From Anolis carolinensis (Eukaryota): a stretch of 64,000 nucleotides of DNA. The notes beneath the pieces are model-generated. The model did no database searches. It was not told the origin of the DNA and saw only the letters and a program-made list of their open reading frames with translations. Made by a program: the position numbers and the translations under genes. Each line of letters begins with the position of its first letter. Within the stretch, counting starts at the first letter, position 1. Positions 60,962 to 64,000 of this stretch are shown in pieces. The stretch is from the NCBI RefSeq assembly GCF_035594765.1, contig NC_085843.1, forward strand, positions 39,509,955 to 39,573,954. Reading direction: 5' to 3'.

Positions 60962-61607
60962 TACATGATTTGGAATCTTGCTTTTTTTCAGAGTTCTTGG
61001 TGACTTGGAGACTGTGTACAGATTCAAGAAGCTAGTTGCTTTTGAGGGGAAATTGTAATAAGTTTGGTACTCTCTTCTTTTTTGCACACATGTTTTAAAA
61101 TACTTAATTGGTTTTGTTTCTTGAACTGATTCTTAGTAACTGAGCAACCCTATTTATTAACCTGTTCATTGGTCCCTCTTAGAGGAAGCAAGAAGTCAGA
61201 CTTTGGCCGCCACTCCTCCTGTTCCTGGAAATCGTGTTTGTTTTTCCAATTTGTTGTCATTATTGGCAACATGATTCTTCTTGACAGTATACACATCTGT
61301 TTGCCAGAGGAATGAAGAGGAATGTGTGTTGAAAAAACTGGCTGGAGCTATAGATACAACACGGAACTGACTTAATATAATTTCCCTAGAATTTGTAAAG
61401 GAGAAGATATAAAACAATAATGCATACAGAATGAAAAAAGTGCTGAAGGGGAAAGATTGTTTGTCAGAGTGGGGTACGTTCTGGATTTGGAGCATAAGTC
61501 GTCATAATTACTTTTGAATGATGCACTGAAAGATGCACATTGATTCCATCAGTAAAATGCATATTAACAGTTTTAAAGTGTAAAGTGTAATAGGTTAACT
61601 TTTCTAA

Positions 61608-61813
61608 GGGTGCATCTACTCTGTAGAACTAATTTGATGACACTTTAACTGTCATATCTCAATACTATAAATCCTGGAAATTGTAGTATGGTGAGGCACC
61701 AGCACTCTTTGGTAGGGAAGATAAAGACTAAAAATCCCATGATACCATGGCATTGACTCATGGCAGATGAAATGGTGCCAAACTGGATTAATTCTGGAGT
61801 GTAAATGCATTCC
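61608..61813. mobile_element. Harbinger-type MITE, degenerate
   Basis: TIRs GGGTGCATCTACTCT / GGAGTGTAAATGCATTCC; flanks TAA / AAA. Confidence 0.55.
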
Positions 61814-62704
61814 AAATAATCTACAATGTAGGTACCATCTTTTTTACAAAAAGGAAAATGGAATTCTTTTTCGAACACAGATAAAAACTACAGGTGTGCT
61901 TACATTCAGGATGCAGTGTATTGCAAATGCCTGACCTCCCCACCTTCAGCCCCACCCTAGAAACTATTTGAAACCCTGCTGCCAAATACTTGTCTTATCT
62001 TTAGGCTCTAATCTTAACCCTTTTTGTCTCAAAATACACTTGTGTGAGTACAGCTGACAAAAGGTGAGAGAGCAACAGCCCTGGAGACTGGAGGCTTTTA
62101 TTTAGTTATACAGAACAAGAAACACAGAGCAAGTGAAATGTCGCTTCTTATTCTGTTCATCATTAAAAAAAATATTGAAAGCTGGTTTTTAAACAAGCTT
62201 ATGAAACTCTTCACAAGGCACAAAGCAAAAAATAAAACCTTTTAAAAATAATGAAACGGAAGTGTTATATGTCTGGACCTTGATGCCTATCTGGTTGAAT
62301 CTGCCTGCTTTTTAGAAGAAAAGAACGCAAAAACGACCAGATTCCCCTACTTACAAATAGTAGACCCTTGATCAGAGAAAGGGCTAAAGGATCAGGTCTT
62401 TCAGAGACAAAAATATGCAGTGAAAATATAATGACTGGAGGGTATGGCTTCTGTCCCTTTCAAGCCAAATATGCCTCTGAGAACCCTGCTAATGCTAAAG
62501 TACCTTTAGGGCTGACCTACATATTTTACTGATCACATAAAAAAGAATAGCCATCACATAACTCCTGCTGTCAGCTTGTAATTGCTCTTGTGCATCCAGT
62601 TGTGAAAGGTGCTGAAGTTTTCTCTGAGTATCCTTTGAACTAGGAAGCTCTGTAAACTGTCTGTAATATAGTTTGTCATCTAAGGAACTCATCAATGAGA
62701 TGCC

Positions 62705-62959
62705 CTAATGTGGGTGACAGCAGGGGGATATGCTGGGCATCGTGGTGAATCCGGGGGGCAGCAGGGGAATCCGTCGCACCCCGCAGCTCCCACAGCGCCC
62801 CTTCTCCATCATAAGTGAGAAAGTATTGCTGCCCGACTTCCCCCCGTGCTGTCGTAGGATGCTTTCCCCACAGTTTGGGGACAGAGCTTTGCCAGAAGTA
62901 GCTGTTTGCCGTTTGATGAGATCCAGAGGGCTCCATCCCAAAACTGTGCTGAAAGCATC
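62705..62959 (-). CDS. Putative terminal coding exon of an unidentified host gene (84 codons plus TAG)
   Basis: GC/CpG-rich non-repeat block; TTGCAG|GAT acceptor after an AG-free stretch of about 40 nt; coding-like codon use in frame DAFSTVLGWSPLDLIKRQ..ISPCCHPH*; minus-strand AATAAA at 62097-62102. Confidence 0.5.
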   Translation of the reverse strand, partial: DAFSTVLGWSPLDLIKRQTATSGKALSPNCGESILRQHGGKSGSNTFSLMMEKGRCGSCGVRRIPLLPPGFTTMPSISPCCHPH

Positions 62960-64000
62960 CTGCAATGGGTCAGTTTGTCCGTGTGATGAAGTGGTAGGTC
63001 ATGCTTATGTTTTTGGGGTCATATTTATGTTTATTTGGGGATGATTGTCCAAATAAGGAAATTCCTACATCAGAGCTTTCAAAAAATTTGTTAGTAACAC
63101 ATTTTTAGACATGCATCCTTTTGTAATTCAGTTTTACTAGCAAACTGAGGGTTAAATCAACCTGTTATAAGAGGTATGAACACATACATAAATTATCATG
63201 ATAAAATGGGTGGGAACATATCTCATGAAAACTTTTCATTTATATTTTTAATGAATGATTTATTGCTTACATAGATTCAGAGGTTTCTTGTGATGTTCAC
63301 ATGACATACCTACACACTGTAATCAACACACTAATGTGTTGTGAGAAAGTTTGGAAAGCTCTTCCCTACAAGTTCTATTATTCCTAATGACAATGGATTC
63401 CACCTATTATCTTTTTGTCCCTTAAGCTTCTAGTTCTTTAAGCTTCCGGTTTCTACTGTTACCACCCATTGCCTCTCCTCTTACCAAAGAAAGTCTAGGA
63501 AAGGGAGTATAACCACAAAGTATCCCACGTTTTTGGAGTACAGTCCCAATAAACCCTCTGTTGTCCCACTTTTTAGATGCTTTTAAAAAGTCCAAGGTTG
63601 TCATTCCTTTCTCTCACTTTTCTCTTTGTCCCCAGTTTACTTCATTTGCTGCAGATGGAGTTCAAACAGCAGAAGTAATCTGCAATTAATTTATTCAGCA
63701 GAAAGGAAGAAGGGATGAAATCTGGCCCTTCTCAGGACATTCGGGCAAAACCAAACTGCTGCAGCATCCCCTAGCTAGTGTGTCCTTCCTTACTAAGAAT
63801 TTTTGCCATCTTGACCTGATATTTCTTGGCCATGAGTATCCCAATTTTCCTGTGAAATGATAAATGGTATGCAGGCCTTTGGAAATTGGCTACTTATAGG
63901 GAAAAGGCTTTTAATAGTGTGTTATTCTTTTTTCTTTTAAATAATTTTTATTCCTGATAATTTTATGAATAGTTTACTTATATTTTATTTTTGGATGATT

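Noticed and set aside
1-64000. tRNA, rRNA or CRISPR loci
   Set aside because: Only SINE-derived A/B boxes are seen; no cloverleaf, rRNA-like segment or repeat-spacer array

Overview
AT-rich, repeat-dense eukaryotic DNA from a squamate reptile, very probably an Anolis-type lizard (inferred from a full-length Sauria SINE alongside CR1, L2, Penelope-like, hAT, Harbinger and Tc1/pogo repeats). The window is essentially intergenic. The main feature is a complete, very young 6.4-kb Ty3/gypsy chromovirus of the Tf1/sushi type on the minus strand (46462-52883). It has a CTATT TSD, 971-bp LTRs with one visible mismatch, and intact gag and pol. It has no tRNA primer-binding site; the sequence instead predicts self-priming by the transcript's own 5' end, braced by a U5-leader stem. 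It also has a non-canonical -1 frameshift cassette and a pol frame that runs about 98 codons into the 3' LTR. Four Penelope-like insertions are present: three carry minimal hammerhead ribozyme motifs, and two of those are palindromes. Other features are a four-layer nested transposon stack at 42960-44473, many MITEs and SINEs, several enhancer-like repeat-free blocks, and a probable terminal coding exon of an unidentified host gene (minus strand, 62705-62959). Family names come from my recognition of motifs, not from database searches. Boundaries without a TSD are approximate.
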